This document shows positions 39,700-52,429 of a stretch of 64,000 nt of DNA, piece by piece. The DNA lies in assembly GCA_013239625.1 (NCBI GenBank), contig MU054662.1:13691798-13755797 (forward strand), in the 5' to 3' direction. The DNA is from Lama guanicoe. Its lineage: Eukaryota. A model generated the notes under the pieces. That model was not told the origin of the DNA, did no database searches, and worked only from the letters and a program-made list of their open reading frames with translations. The number at the start of each line of letters is the position of its first letter. The first letter of the stretch is position 1. The translations under genes were made by a program, and so were the position numbers.

Positions 39700-39850
39700 T
39701 CACGCTGTCAGGCAGTTATCTGACTTCCCAAACCCTCAGGTTCCTCATCTGGGAGGTGGGAACCGTCATGACAACACCCCCCTGCGTGTCTGTTGGCAGG
39801 AGGAACTGAGATGACACACATAAAGGGTTTGGGACAGCCCCAAAGTAAGG
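39700..39850 (+). mobile_element. MIR fragment
   Basis: ggcagttatctgacttcccaaaccctcaggttcctcatctgg...actgagatgacacacataaaggg. Confidence 0.65.
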
Positions 39851-40853
39851 AGCTACGTCACGGCCCAGCCCGGGGATCTGGTCTCCGGGTCAAGGGTGAG
39901 GAGTACAGTCCTCCTCCCTCGGTCAGTCTGTGCTCTGCAGGAAAGAGACCGCTGAGCCTCGTTCCGGGTCGTGGGTGAGGAAACAGCACACATGTGCAGG
40001 AACCCCCGCAGAACACTGCTGTGCCACGTGCAGTGCAATGGCCGAAAACAAGCCACGCGCCCTGGCACGGGAGCTGGCGTCCCTTCCCTGTGGCTCGGAT
40101 GGAAGCTCAGTGTCCCTGGGCAAATATCCATCCCTGTCTCTGCCTTGTGGCTGGGGAGCAGGGCTTTCCTGGAGCGCACGCCCCCGGCCCCCCCAGCGGT
40201 CTCTCGGCACGTGTCCCTGTGCTCGTCTTTCTCCCACGCCAGCTCCCACGCGGCCGGGGCACATCCAACGCCCAGGAGGGACGGGCTTCACCCAGGTGGG
40301 TCCTCGTCATCCGTCCCTCTGGGGCTGCCTTTAAACCCAGGGGGCACCGCCTGCCTGGGCAAGCACTGTGCCTGGGTGACCCCTCTCCTCCGCTGACGGG
40401 GCTCCCACAAAGCACCCCCAGGGCCGGGAAAGGGTCTCCTTCTGTTTTCAGTTCTGTTTTTCTTGGGGTGAGGGAAGGGCTAATCCTTCACAGGCGATAT
40501 TGGGCCCGTCCCCTCTTAGGAAAACACGCTGATACTTGATGAGACCCCCACCTGGGACTGACGGCTGTTAATAACCTGGGAGACGCGTGGGGGAGGCCCG
40601 CACCGCCAGCCACCGGTGTCTGGGACTCTATTTCTCATCAGCTGTCACTCAAGGGCAGGAGTGAAGGATATTATGTCTTTTCTTAAGACGTTGCTGTGGA
40701 CCCACAGACGCTGGGCGGGGGAAATCATCCTGCTCAGCCACCTGCACGCGGGTTCCTAGGAAACAGATTGCCAGGCTTGTAAGTCACATTCAAATAATGC
40801 ATCTATGAACTTCTCTCACCCCGGTTTTGATAAGGTGATGGGCAGCTGGGAGA

Positions 40854-41025
40854 CAAAGCTATTTCTGCTTTATATGAATCTTAGGGGTTTGGTTTCATTC
40901 CAATCTTTTAAAAAAATTATTCTTTGTACTTTTTAAAATTTTTGAATAGGTCTCAGACCTCTTTACATTCTAGGTCATTGACTTTGGGCCAAAAAAAAAA
41001 AAAGGAAACAAAAATTCTTAAAAGA
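40854..41025 (+). repeat. Donor copy of the 172-bp duplication
   Basis: Matches 38696-38867 and lies in unique sequence. Confidence 0.97.
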
Positions 41026-42879
41026 AACAAAGTTGAGTGTAAATACACAGAAATGAACGTTGGCCTTAGAAAGCAGTTACTATGATGCTGACAGTACGAC
41101 AGACAAGAGGGTAGTTCATAATGAGCAAGATTAAGAAAAAAAAATACCACGGAATCAGTCTTGTTTTTTTCCCCAAATCAGACAATCTGCAAACAGTTTT
41201 CCAGACGTGGGCAAAGAGACCGCTCTTTCAGACATTTTGTTTTCTCAGCGGGAAAAAGGAGACTGAGTTTCTTAGAATAAAAGATCTCTTGAGAGCAGGC
41301 CTGAGCGGAGGGCTCTTTGCCTCATGTATCTTTGATGGATCAACGTCCCCAGCTTGAGCGAGTCCCGGCGGGGTGCATCCTGCCCCGCCACCACACGCGG
41401 CTCAGCACCGCCTCCCGCCCCTTCTCTGCAGCGGGCATCCTGCACCGGCATCTCGGGAGCAGGGTGAGCGTCTAGGAGGGCCAAGGGCAGGTGAGTGAAG
41501 GACAGGAGGAACAGAGAACTGTCAGCCCCTGCCCTTTCAGGGACGTCACTGTGTCTGCCTCGGCCAGCAGCCCCTGAGGAAAGACGCTGGGACATACGCC
41601 TTCCCTCCCTCCTTGCCAGACCTGGGCAGGTCCTGGGATTTACAATCCCCACGTGCAGCCTGTCTGCGATAACGGAACACATATGCCCCTTCATCTTCCA
41701 GATCTCCCAGCTAAATGGAAAACGTACCAAATGCATTTTAAACCGCGTTGAAAGCCCAGTGGCAGTGCTGAGTCTGCACCCAGGCACCACGCACAGCAGG
41801 CGCTGTTTGGCGCTGTCTGCCCGGAGCTAAACTGGATGGGTATAAAAATTTCTTCGACGGCTCTTCCAGTTGCCTGATTTTGAATCCGTTTTGCCACTTT
41901 GTCTTTTTTTTTTTTCCCCACCTTGGGATCACCCATTAAGCGGAATGGAGACTTTTCAGCAAATGCAATTCATTAAAAGACTTAAAAAATCAACCCGCCG
42001 GTCACATTCTCTCTTACTTGCCTAGAGGATGGTTTTAGACCTGAGGATTCTGACACTGAGCAGGAGAGGGAGGACCAAGGAAGAAGGAGAGGAGACAGCA
42101 GAACTGCTCTTGTTCTCTGCGCGTCATCACTGAATTCTTTCAGAACCACTCAGGGACAGATTGCATCCGACCCAAGGAAGTGAAGCTCCAAGGCCATGCA
42201 GAGCCAGGACGTAAACCCAGGTGTTCTGACTCACGGTTCACGGCTCTTTTCGCAATAGCATAGCTCAAGAAGGTACAGGAAGTCCGAACCGAGGCCAAGG
42301 CCTGATGCTGACAGCAACTGACCGACTCCCTGTTCTCCTGACGGAGAAGGCCATCTTACTAATGACTAAGGGCAAAGCGTGAACCGGCCCCAAAGAAAGA
42401 TCCTGGTGTTTCTGTTGCACCACCGCAAATAAGAAGCATTTGTGACTCTTGTCCTGGAGCGTGAATGTCATTAGCCAGTTCAGAGCCCCACCTCTGAGCT
42501 TCAGGCACACTGGACTCTTCCCTCATCAGCATAAAACTAAACAATGCGTTGTCCCCTCTCTAAAATATTCATTTTTATAAAAAGCAGTGAGCATCTTAGA
42601 TCAAGTTGTAACGCTGGTGGGAATTTGGACCCATGCTGGGGAAGAGACCACGACACACAAGATGGTCTATGTAAGCTCTGCTTCCATCAGATGAAAAAGA
42701 ACACCTGACAGATGCTGAAGAATTTCCACATGACTTACTTAGTGTTGTTCACTGAGAACTCACGGGACAGACTTACTCCAGTTGGCCCAGTGACACCTCC
42801 AGCGGGAGCTGCTCCCTGCACAGCTCACCTGGACTCGCGGGTGTGACAGGCGCCCCAGCTGAACCCCGCCCCCCGGCAC

Positions 42880-43070
42880 GCACTCCCGAACCTCAGGAAG
42901 TGGCAACAGGATCTTTCTCGTTGCTCCAACCAAAATCTTGGGGGTGCTGGTGTCTCTGTTTTCTCACACCCCAATCCCCATCCATAATAGCGACTCCTGC
43001 TGGCTCTGCCTTCGAGATGAATCCAGAATCTTTCCATACTTGTTACATTCACTGCCACCCCCGTTCTGTT
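42880..43070 (+). mobile_element. L2 fragment
   Basis: ttgctccaaccaaaatcttgggg...tctcacacccc...tcctgctggctctgccttc...atccagaatc. Confidence 0.65.
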
Positions 43071-43739
43071 CCCTGGGTCAGGCCCCGTGCTTTGGACTTG
43101 ACTTTCTTCAGAGTCTGGATCGTGGAGGGCACCCGCTCACCTCCGGCGACAGACTGTTTGTGTGCGGCTGGGTGGGGCCGAGCACTGACAAGTGCGTCCG
43201 GACCTGCTGCCTGCTTCTTTGCAGCTGCTCCATCTACAGCCCGGGTCTGAGGCCACCCAGCAAGGTCACATGCTGTCCTGACTCTGGTCACGACTGAAAT
43301 TACTACCTTTGTCTGAGACAGTGAAAGCTCACTGCCGGGCAGTTACAGGGCTGGGCGGGCAGACACAACCCTGCCTGGCCGGCAGCAGTGCCCGCCAGTG
43401 CCTGCTCTGAGCCCCCGGCGGATCCAGCCTAGAGTAAGGGGTTGCAGGCAACTGAGGGTGCCTGAGAAGGCGACCGCCCCGAGATTGGTGTCCAACGCCC
43501 AGAGTTCCTGCTCTGCCCCATCCCGAGAGGAGCGCAGGGCTACCCGAGGTCTCTGGCGGTAAAAAGTGGGCGGAGCTTTTTAAATGTGCACGTGTAAGCC
43601 TGAGACGTAAGAAGCTCATTCCTCTGCATCACTTCAAGAAATACTCCATTTCCCACTGAAAATCAAAGATGAAACCAGACCCCTAAGGCCAAAAACTAGG
43701 GGAGCCACGTTTAGCCACATTGTCACAGTACTGCCATAT

Positions 43740-45530
43740 TTTTAAGTGTACTTTTAGAGAAGCTTAATTTAGAGAAAAATGTTACAAAGCCTCCCACCTG
43801 CATTTACCCAGATTCATCCAACATTTTGCTTAATTTTCCCATTTGTGTTCACACATTACTTTCTTCTATTCTAATTAATTGAGGATAAATTTGAGCTACT
43901 GTGCCCATTTGCCCCTAAAATGCTTCGGCATTTGCTTCCTAAAATTGGGAATGTTCTTTGCTTAACCGCAGCACGATTTTCAAAATCAAAACGTGAGCGT
44001 TAACCTAGTACTACGATCTTGTGCTTTAAAAGCAAATTTAATCCGTTTTTTCAATAATACCCTGTGGCTTCCTACCTCCAGGTTCGGGAGCCAGTCTACA
44101 AAAATTCAGCACACTCCACTATCAAGGGCCGTTGGTCTGCCGTGGTCTGGAACCATTCCTCAAGCTTGCCTTCTTCCGGACCTTAGCGGTTGTTCGGACA
44201 GGGGCCAGTTCACTCGCAGAGCGGCTCCCATGCTGGGTGTGTCCTCGCTTTGCATGCAGGTGACGCTGTGGGGCGGGAGCACATACGTGCGGGGCCGTGA
44301 CCCCACACCCGCTCGGCGCACCTCAGCGGGAGGGATGTGAGGTGTGGGCCTGGCTCGTTCCTGGAGACCTTCACCGCTTGGCTCCTCGGTTAAGGTGCGG
44401 CCCGGCAGGTTTCCATTACGCCAAGTTACTGTTCTGTTCTCTTTGTGATTCGTAAGTAATCTGCGGGAAGATGCTTTAAACCCACGTACATATCCTGTTC
44501 CTCATCATTCATCTGCTCGTTTGAGCGCCCACCGACGAGCACCGCCCGCACCAATCATTAGTGGGGTGGCTGCGAAATGCTGATGTTCCAGTTTCTCCTT
44601 TGTTTGTTTTGACTTTCTCCTGGCTGTATTTATTTCAACTTTTATTGAAGCATAGTTGCTTTACAGTATTGTATCAGTTTCAGGTATACAGCAGAGTGAC
44701 TCGGTGTTTTTAGAGGTTATACTTCATTAAAAGTTATTACAAAATAATGGCTATTATTTGCCTGTGCGGTACAATACGTCCTTGCTGATTATTTATTTTA
44801 TACCTAAAATCTGCACCTCCTCTCGCCCCTCCGCCCTCCCTCTCCCCACTGGTGCCCACTACTATGCTTTCCACATCTGTGAATCTGTTTCTAATTTGCA
44901 TATATATTTGTTTGTTTTATTGTTTAGATTCCACAAATCAGTGATATTACACAGTATTGTCTTTCCCTGACATTTCACTAATCAAAGTAACCTCTAGGTC
45001 CCTTCACATTGCTGCAAATGGTAGCATTTCCTTCTTACGGCTGAGTCGTATTCCACTGTGTACACACACATCATCTTTATCCGGTCACCTGTCGGTGGAC
45101 ACCTGGGGTGCTTCCATACCTTAGTTACTGTAAATAGTGTCACTGTGAACCTTGGGGTGAAGGCTCTTCTTTTATTCTGTATTAGCTGGAATTAGACTGT
45201 GAGAGAGGCTTTTCCATTCATTCAGACATGGATTCAGTGATTCATTCATCTGTTTAATTCCATACAGACTCATTGACTTTATTCATGAATTATAATCTAT
45301 TATTTCTGTTATAATCTGTTAAATACTTTTTTTAAAAAAATTGATGCTCAAATTGTCCTAGATCGTCTAATGGGAGTCCCTTCAAACGGGCTCCTGTATC
45401 ATTTTAAATGTCCCCATTGTTTTTGGAGTCCTTTTTTCTCGTGTGGCCCATGAAAGTGCCTTGGGCTTCATTCCTTCATCCTGCAGCCCCTTTACCTCGG
45501 CCCTGGACCCATCCACGTCAGCAAGGAGCC
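43740..45530 (-). mobile_element. Old L1MC4/5-like 3' region containing a younger L1
   Basis: tttacccagattcatcc, ttaaggtg...caggtttcc...aagttactgt and ttgatgctcaaattgtcctagat...cccttcaaacgggctcctgt match recalled L1MC 3' UTR. Confidence 0.75.
44625..45160 (-). mobile_element. Younger L1 3' end nested in the L1MC element
   Basis: ttttattgaagcatagttgctttacagtattg...gctgcaaatggtagcatttcc...ggctgagtcgtattccactgtg. Confidence 0.88.
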
Positions 45531-46299
45531 TGCACCGTTGCGACGCTTCCCCAGCAGGTAAAGACACTCAGGAAGAATCACATGGTGGTCCGAGTCCCAG
45601 CCCCCTTGTTCGCTATCGGTGACTCAGGGGACAATGCTGGATTACAACCAATGACGGCCTTGAATACGCCTCTGGAAGGGTGACGTGGTGTCTGCCTTTG
45701 ATCCTGGACGCCCGCTCTTCCCGGACACCACATCTGACCCATCCAGGAGGTGCCTGCGTCCCAGGCTTGGCTCCCGTCATCGAGGCGGAAGGGAGGCTCC
45801 TCTGAGAAAACGTCTCCCCTTCCAGGCCTCAGGGTCCAGGGCTGGAGCAGCAGCACCGAGCCTGCTCAGCGGTGAGAGAAACGCGCCAGGCTCCACCGCC
45901 TCAGGGGTTCTCTTACAGGCGTTTACCCAGCAGCCCTGCTGGAAGTGGGGAGAGGAGACTGGAGGGGCCGCCCCTTGCAGAGACGGAGCGGAGAGAGACC
46001 AGCTCGGGGGCGAGGATCAAAGGGGCTGGGAATCAGGGGGCGTTGGGGGGGCGAGAAGTGGGCTCTTGGAAGATGCCTTCACGGCCACCTGTCTTCACAA
46101 GACACTCCCTTCTCACGTGAAATGCAATTTTATCTCCTCAGAACACGGGTCTGCGTCCCCAGTCCACTCAGTTTCAAACACAGGACTCCCACTCGCCTAC
46201 AAGCAGCTTTGGGGCTGGAGAAGTGAGGTGGGGGTGCAGGAGGAGGCTGACGGCGGCGCCACCCGGCGGGCCGCTCCTGTCTTCCCTGCAAAGCGCACG

Positions 46300-46484
46300 C
46301 CAGCGACCAGGAAAGCAGCAGTGTGCCCTCCTGCACAGAGCGGGCGTGGACGCGGCCCAGCGAGCGCCTGTTCCCCGGCAGACGGCTGGTCCCAGCGACC
46401 AGGAAAGCAGCAGCGTGCCCTCCTGCACAGAGCAGGCGTGGACGCGGCCCAGCGAGCGCCTGTCCCCCAGCAAACGGCTGGTCC
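46300..46484 (+). repeat. Tandem duplication, 2 x 92 bp
   Basis: Unit cagcgaccaggaaagcagcag...acggctggtcc starts at 46301 and 46393; about 5 mismatches. Confidence 0.95.
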
Positions 46485-49400
46485 TGTTTCTACGCCAAGT
46501 ACTGTGGTAGCAGCGTTTGGCGATGAGGGGCAGCGTTAGCCTGGAGGCCGGGGGAGGCCCGGAACTCAGCGCGAGGCTCTAAACAGCTCCTTCCTTAGAT
46601 GATCCCTTTTTCAGAGGCCGACTGGGCGTATAAATATCACATCACACCATGGCCTGGCAAGTTTTTATCAGCATCAGCTCAGGCAATGTCTAGCACCACT
46701 GAGCCCGCGGCTCTGGAAGAGCGGCCGGTGACTCCGGCCAAGCCTGGGAGGAGCACGCTGGGCAGGGGCCCCCAGAGCAAGGCCCGGGGGTGCAGGCTCG
46801 GCCCCCCTCAGAGCCCTGTGTTGTGCACTCAGCCAGCAGGACCACATCTCTGGGTCTGTGTTTATGCACATGGGCCTTGCAATGTCTTCCTGCTTGTCAG
46901 TAACAACTCAGGGACAGGAACCCTGACTTGGGGTTAGCGTCTCCAGCTCCGAGACACCAGCACTGCGACCCCTGCGCTTCTGGGGCTCACTTTCTGTTGG
47001 CTTTCTAGGTCGAGCACATTCCTGCGCGTTGAGCGTAGCTGGTCGGTGGTTCTCAGGGGACGTGGGAGCCAGAGAGCCCATCAGAATAGGGTTTTAGTCC
47101 ACGTGGACCTTCCCTCCCCAACCCTCCTCCTCACCTAGCCCGAGGCAGCCTTGATTCACCCAACCCGCCCCCTGCCATTTTTCAGACGATTCTGGCATCT
47201 CCCAGGCACAGCTCAAAGGAGCCCAACTAGGACGTCCAACAGACCCGCTTCCAGAGGTAGGCTGCAAATCCAGCGTCTGTCTCCGCGACGGCCTGGCGGA
47301 GGCCCGCCCGCACCGCTGTGGCTTTCTAAGCACTGACCAGCACGCTCCTCTCCCATTTTCCAGCTGCTCTCTCCCCCGTGAGGTAGTTAGGCCCTCTTTT
47401 CATTTGGAAATCACTAGCAAAGTGCATCAAAAGTACTGTAAAGAAGATGCTCTGCAGTTTTCTCAGAGGCTTCTTCAAGCAGAAAAGATGTTTCTCCCGG
47501 ACTCCTGCCTAAGAGGTGACCTGGAAAAAAATATTCCAAGCCGTGGAAGCCGTTTCCTCTCAGACAGCGTGCTCACCGTGACAACGCCAAGGACACGGGC
47601 TTGAAGAACCTTCTCCTATGACATCATGCAGTGAGAAACCCCCTCAGCTCCAGATGCTCTACTGAGTATATGGTTTTGGGTCAGCCGGCTCGTTTGGGTG
47701 ACAGATGATTCCTGCCCTTGCAATACCCTTGTATTCTGCAGGCTTTGAAAGATCTCAGAAAGATCATGAATATTAAACACACAGAGACCCGGGTGGAGAA
47801 ATCCTCATGCTGCAGGCCGCATGCTTGTTTATCAAGGATCTTTCTGTGTTTTACTCAGACGTGTATTTGCTGGGCGATCTTCTTCGCCTTTGCCCGAGTG
47901 GAAACAACAACACATACACACACGGAAACCAAACCAAACCAAAACAAAAATAAATTTTCCGTTTTTCAGACTGAAGTGAGCTCTGTGCTCCACCAAGGGC
48001 AGCAGCCTCCTTGGACGGCGAGCTGCTCTGGACGGGCGCCCTGCCTCCCCCTCTGAAGCTGCTTGATCAGGGGCCATCTGGTCAGCGCGGCAGGCTTGGA
48101 GGAGCAGCGCGGGGGGCCAGATGGATGGGATCTTGGAGAGTTCTTTAGAAACCGCGCACCCAACCCCGGAGTCGCCATATGCCAAAAGGTCACCTCGACC
48201 TGCGTGACGGCCCTCCTGCTTCTCTCTGTGTGGCTTTTCATTTAGAGCCAGCACCCTGGTGCTTTCCGGGGCTGTGGGTATTAATTAGTGCATTATTATA
48301 ATTACTCTGCATACGAATGTCATCGACATCAGCCTTGCTACCTCCTCTGAGGTTTCCGAAAACAAAACTGAGATGTGGGATGGGCTTTGCTGAGGGGTCT
48401 CTGCCAGGAGAGGGCAGGGCCGGGTCCCAAGGTGAGGTGGGCTCAGAGGGCCCGCGTCCAAGGCGCTCAGTTTGGCGCCTGCCCCTCAACAGGGATGCCC
48501 GCAACGGCTCCCAGGCCTTCAAGGCACAGAGAGTGGCCCTATCTCTGCTCTGCAGGTGGGCAACCCGAAGGCTTAAGGTCTCCGAGGGAAGGGGATTCAA
48601 AGGGAAGAGTGCAAATGAGGGGGAGAATCCTTCCGTTTCTCCCCAGGGCTTGAGTCACCCTCTAGGAATAAAAAAGACTTTGAAGGAAGCCATGTGTTCT
48701 CTGATTCTCTTCAAGTGCAGCGTTTCCTGAAGGGAGAGGTTAAGCAGTTGGGCATTTACAGCTGGCTCTCAGCCCAGCAGCCCCACCCCTGGGCTCTCTG
48801 CAAAGCTCTCAGCAGACACAAGGGCCAGCCCAACAGGAGGCCCAGGGTCCGGCAGCCCACCCCGGGGCCCGGGGCCTCTCTGCGCCTTCCCTGCTGCACG
48901 GCGGGTTCGGCGCACCTGTCCCAGGGTGGCAGGTGATGGAACCTGCAGCCGGCGCCCCGCTGTGAGAGGCGCACACTTCACAAGAGGCCCTCGACAGAGC
49001 GGGAATCTCATTAAAGACTGACATTTGCTGAGCATCCCCAGCGGGCGAAGGTCCCCGTTCCAATCACAGAGCCCCACCGCTGACCCAGCAGGCGGCATGG
49101 TGGCCCTGGGACTGAGCTGTCACCCTCAGTGTCACCCCCCCACCTCCTGCAGCCCCGGCGGGCACATGCGCCTCTGTGGAGCCCTTTCTGCTCCTGCTCG
49201 GGGGCCTGAGACGCTCCCCTCACCTCTGTCCTCACGCCACTCCCCTCCCCAGCATCTCCCGCACAACAGTAACCTTGCCTGCAGTCTGCTCACCGGCAGC
49301 ATGAAGACCTGACCGATCCTCGCGTCCAAGTCCTGCGGACCTGGCCTCGCACACGAGCCAGGACAGACCAGGGAGCACAGTCTTCCCCACAGACCCCCAC

Positions 49401-50853
49401 TGGGAGCCGCCACACGGCTGCACACACCTGGGCGTCCCAGGCACGCATCTCTGCCTGAGCCCCGTGTGCCGGGAACTGACGCAAGTAAGAGCAGAAGCGC
49501 CCGGCAGTCGGAGCCCTCGGTCGTGCCGGCAGCCTCTGGGGATGGGAGCTGGCACCCACGGTCACGTCCCTGGTTGCCAGAGGACAGCTGGGGGCGGCTT
49601 CCTTCTCAACGTTCAGGGTGTGCGACGAGAGCTCCCCACCCAGGGAGCCTGATGCTCGCTCCTGCACGGGGTGTCGCACAGACACTAAGAACCCACGGGG
49701 CCTCCGTCGTCCCTACGTGAGGTGGCCCCTGCCCCGAGCTCTCCTGTGGCTCATGGGTCAGAGCCGTCCCACCTCAGCGTCACCACTCAGACTTTCTGTC
49801 TCCCCTGCCCGGCCCCGGCCCCAACACCGCACACTGTGCCAGCTGTGTCTCCATGTTTCATCCCGAACTTACACCAACTCCGCGAGGCGTCTGTGCTGTC
49901 GGCCTCACACCGCCCCAAGGTTGTATGTGAACTACATTCAGAGGACAAATACTCAGGTACCTGCATGTAAAATCAAGGAGTGTTGCATTTTGCTCCTTTC
50001 CTTTATAATATTTTTTAGCAATGAGAGCCTTAGAGTCGCAATCCCCTTTGAAGCTCGCCCCCAGTCCTGCAGAGCCAGCCACTCTGCTGCAGGCGACGTG
50101 CCTCCTTCGTGTCTACACCGAGGAACCCGCCCAAGGGGTCACCCAGTTAAAGGGAGGAACCGGGACGAGGAGGCCTGGCTCCCTCCTGGATTCAGAGCCG
50201 GGGGGACCATATGCACACGCAGGAGGCTCACAGAAGGTGGAAACAGAAAAGATGCAAAATTATCTTTAAACAAGAGAGGGTCTCAGCGGGTAGCAGGTAA
50301 CGAAAGACACTGTTCTTTGGAACCCAGCGCTCTGGCAGAACAGTGTCCGGACTTCGGGGTGGCTTTGTGGCGGCTTCCACGTCTCCACAGGGCTCCCGAC
50401 CCTACGGGCATGTCCTTTCCCACCTCCCAAGAATGTCAGATTCTCCCAAGAACACGACAGTGTCCGTGAAACTCGGGAAGAAGGGAAACGCTGAGCTGTC
50501 CTTAGATGTGCTTCTTTCCCTCTTTTGATCAGTCTTCTTGTACTTCTAAGCTTAGAGGGGTCTTGGCACGTCCCACAGTGAACATTCTTCAAAATCCCTA
50601 GTACTTTAAAACGTTTTTACTCTAAGGTTTCGAGATCCAACCGTTTGGGCCTTTTCTGCATGACCTGTCACATGATGATAGTCACAGGCCCTCTGCCCAC
50701 GTCACAGAGTCGTACTTCCTCTGAATGAGTCAAAATTCACTTATTTAAGACACAGTAACCAATTATCTGCAACGTGCAGGCTTGTGCTCATAGCAGGGAT
50801 ATGGCCGAACAAGACAATTGCTGTCTGCATAACACTTAAGACCTATTTGAGAG

Positions 50854-50881
50854 AAAACAAAACAAAACAAAACAAAACAAC
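50854..50881 (+). repeat. (AAAAC)n microsatellite
   Basis: Direct observation. Confidence 0.95.
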
Positions 50882-52429
50882 AGCAGCAGCCAGACGTGGA
50901 GGTGCAGAAACCCAGGCTCCGTGTGAGCATCACGGACCGGCACCTAATTCAGCACCAGAGGGAGAGGCCCCCAGACTGGGCCCTCGGGGCCGGGGGAGAC
51001 AGGGGCGCCTATGGACTTTGCTGCAGACTCGGGGACACTGTGAGTCCTCGGATGTGCTGTTTCTGGAGTGTGAATAACTGCCAGTCCCTATCAGCACAAA
51101 AGAACTAATTCCTCTTGAATTTTTCTAGAAACTCCACAAACTCATTTCTGCCCCAACTCCTGCCACTTTCTTTTATGCCAGATTCTGCCGTTCATTTGTC
51201 CCCAGCGTCTCACAGCCACTGCAGCACGCAGAGGCACGGCCAGAACCGAGGGCGGGAAGGAATTAGTAAGGGGCGTCAGGGGCCCCCCGCTGGTGCCTGA
51301 GCCACCAGCCGCCCCTGCGGAGGCGGAACCCGCATTTACTGCTGCTCTTGCAGTCGCCCGCGCTCTGGCCTTGCAGACTCAGCCTGAAGGATCTGGCAGA
51401 TGCCTTTCTCAGCCTCTCCAGCCCCTTCAAACATAAAAAGTGGCAGACAGCAAAGGAAGGGAACTCTTCCTAGAGAACGGTTCCCTTTGCTCCTTTCAAA
51501 GTCAAGTTTTCTGTGTGGTTCTCTGCACTAAGCTCTCTGCTCCATCAAGTGGGCTCTCCCAACGCGGGGGCCCCTGCGGTGAGGAGAACACAGGGAGGGA
51601 GGAACCTTAGGAGGAGGGGAGTCAGAGGGCGAGCCCCCGCACAGCTCGGCTTCCGGGCGGACGTCCCGGCCCGGCTCTCTGCCGACTGACTCTGAACCCC
51701 AGGGTGGGAAGGACGCCGGTCCCAGGTCCACCCACACAGCTCCTGGGAGAATCTGTATCTCCGGAACAGCTTCTCATGGACCCAGGAGAGGGAGCGCTCT
51801 CAGGAGGGCCGGGGGGTGGAAATGTGCAGCCAAGCAGCATGAAGAGGCGCAGCCCGCCTCCCTCCCCAGGGCCCTGGCGGCCTTCTCCGCATCAGAGGGC
51901 TTCCCCTCAGCCACAGTGGACTCCCAGGGACCAGTTCTGCCCCCTTGACTGAAACAACCAAAAGCAGACAGAACATACGGAATGATGATTTCCGTGGCCC
52001 CCGGCCCCGGGGAACGAGAGACAGTGACCCAGGAGAGATGGAGAACAAAGACTCTAACCCCTGCCGTTTGTTGCCTCAGAGTATCCAGGCTGCGGAAGCT
52101 GACGGAGCCTTCAGGCCTGTCTGAGTTGAAGAGAAGTCGAGGGTTTGGGGAGACCACAGCAGCTCGTTTGCAGAACAGAGAACTGGAGAGGAGAGGGCTC
52201 GCTACACGGAGAGGGGATGCCCGGGGGCCGCAGAGCTCCCCGGGCTCCTGGCTGAGCGCTGAGCAGACCGTGCGTGTAAGGGACCCGCGGCGGGGGAGAC
52301 TGACTCAGAGAGGCCAGCAGGGGCGGCACACCGCGCCAGGAAGAGCGTCTGCTCCCGCCTCCAGGCTGGAAGAGCCCGGACCCACGGGAGAGCGGGCAGA
52401 GGACACAGAAGAACGTAGGCAAGGCGAGA

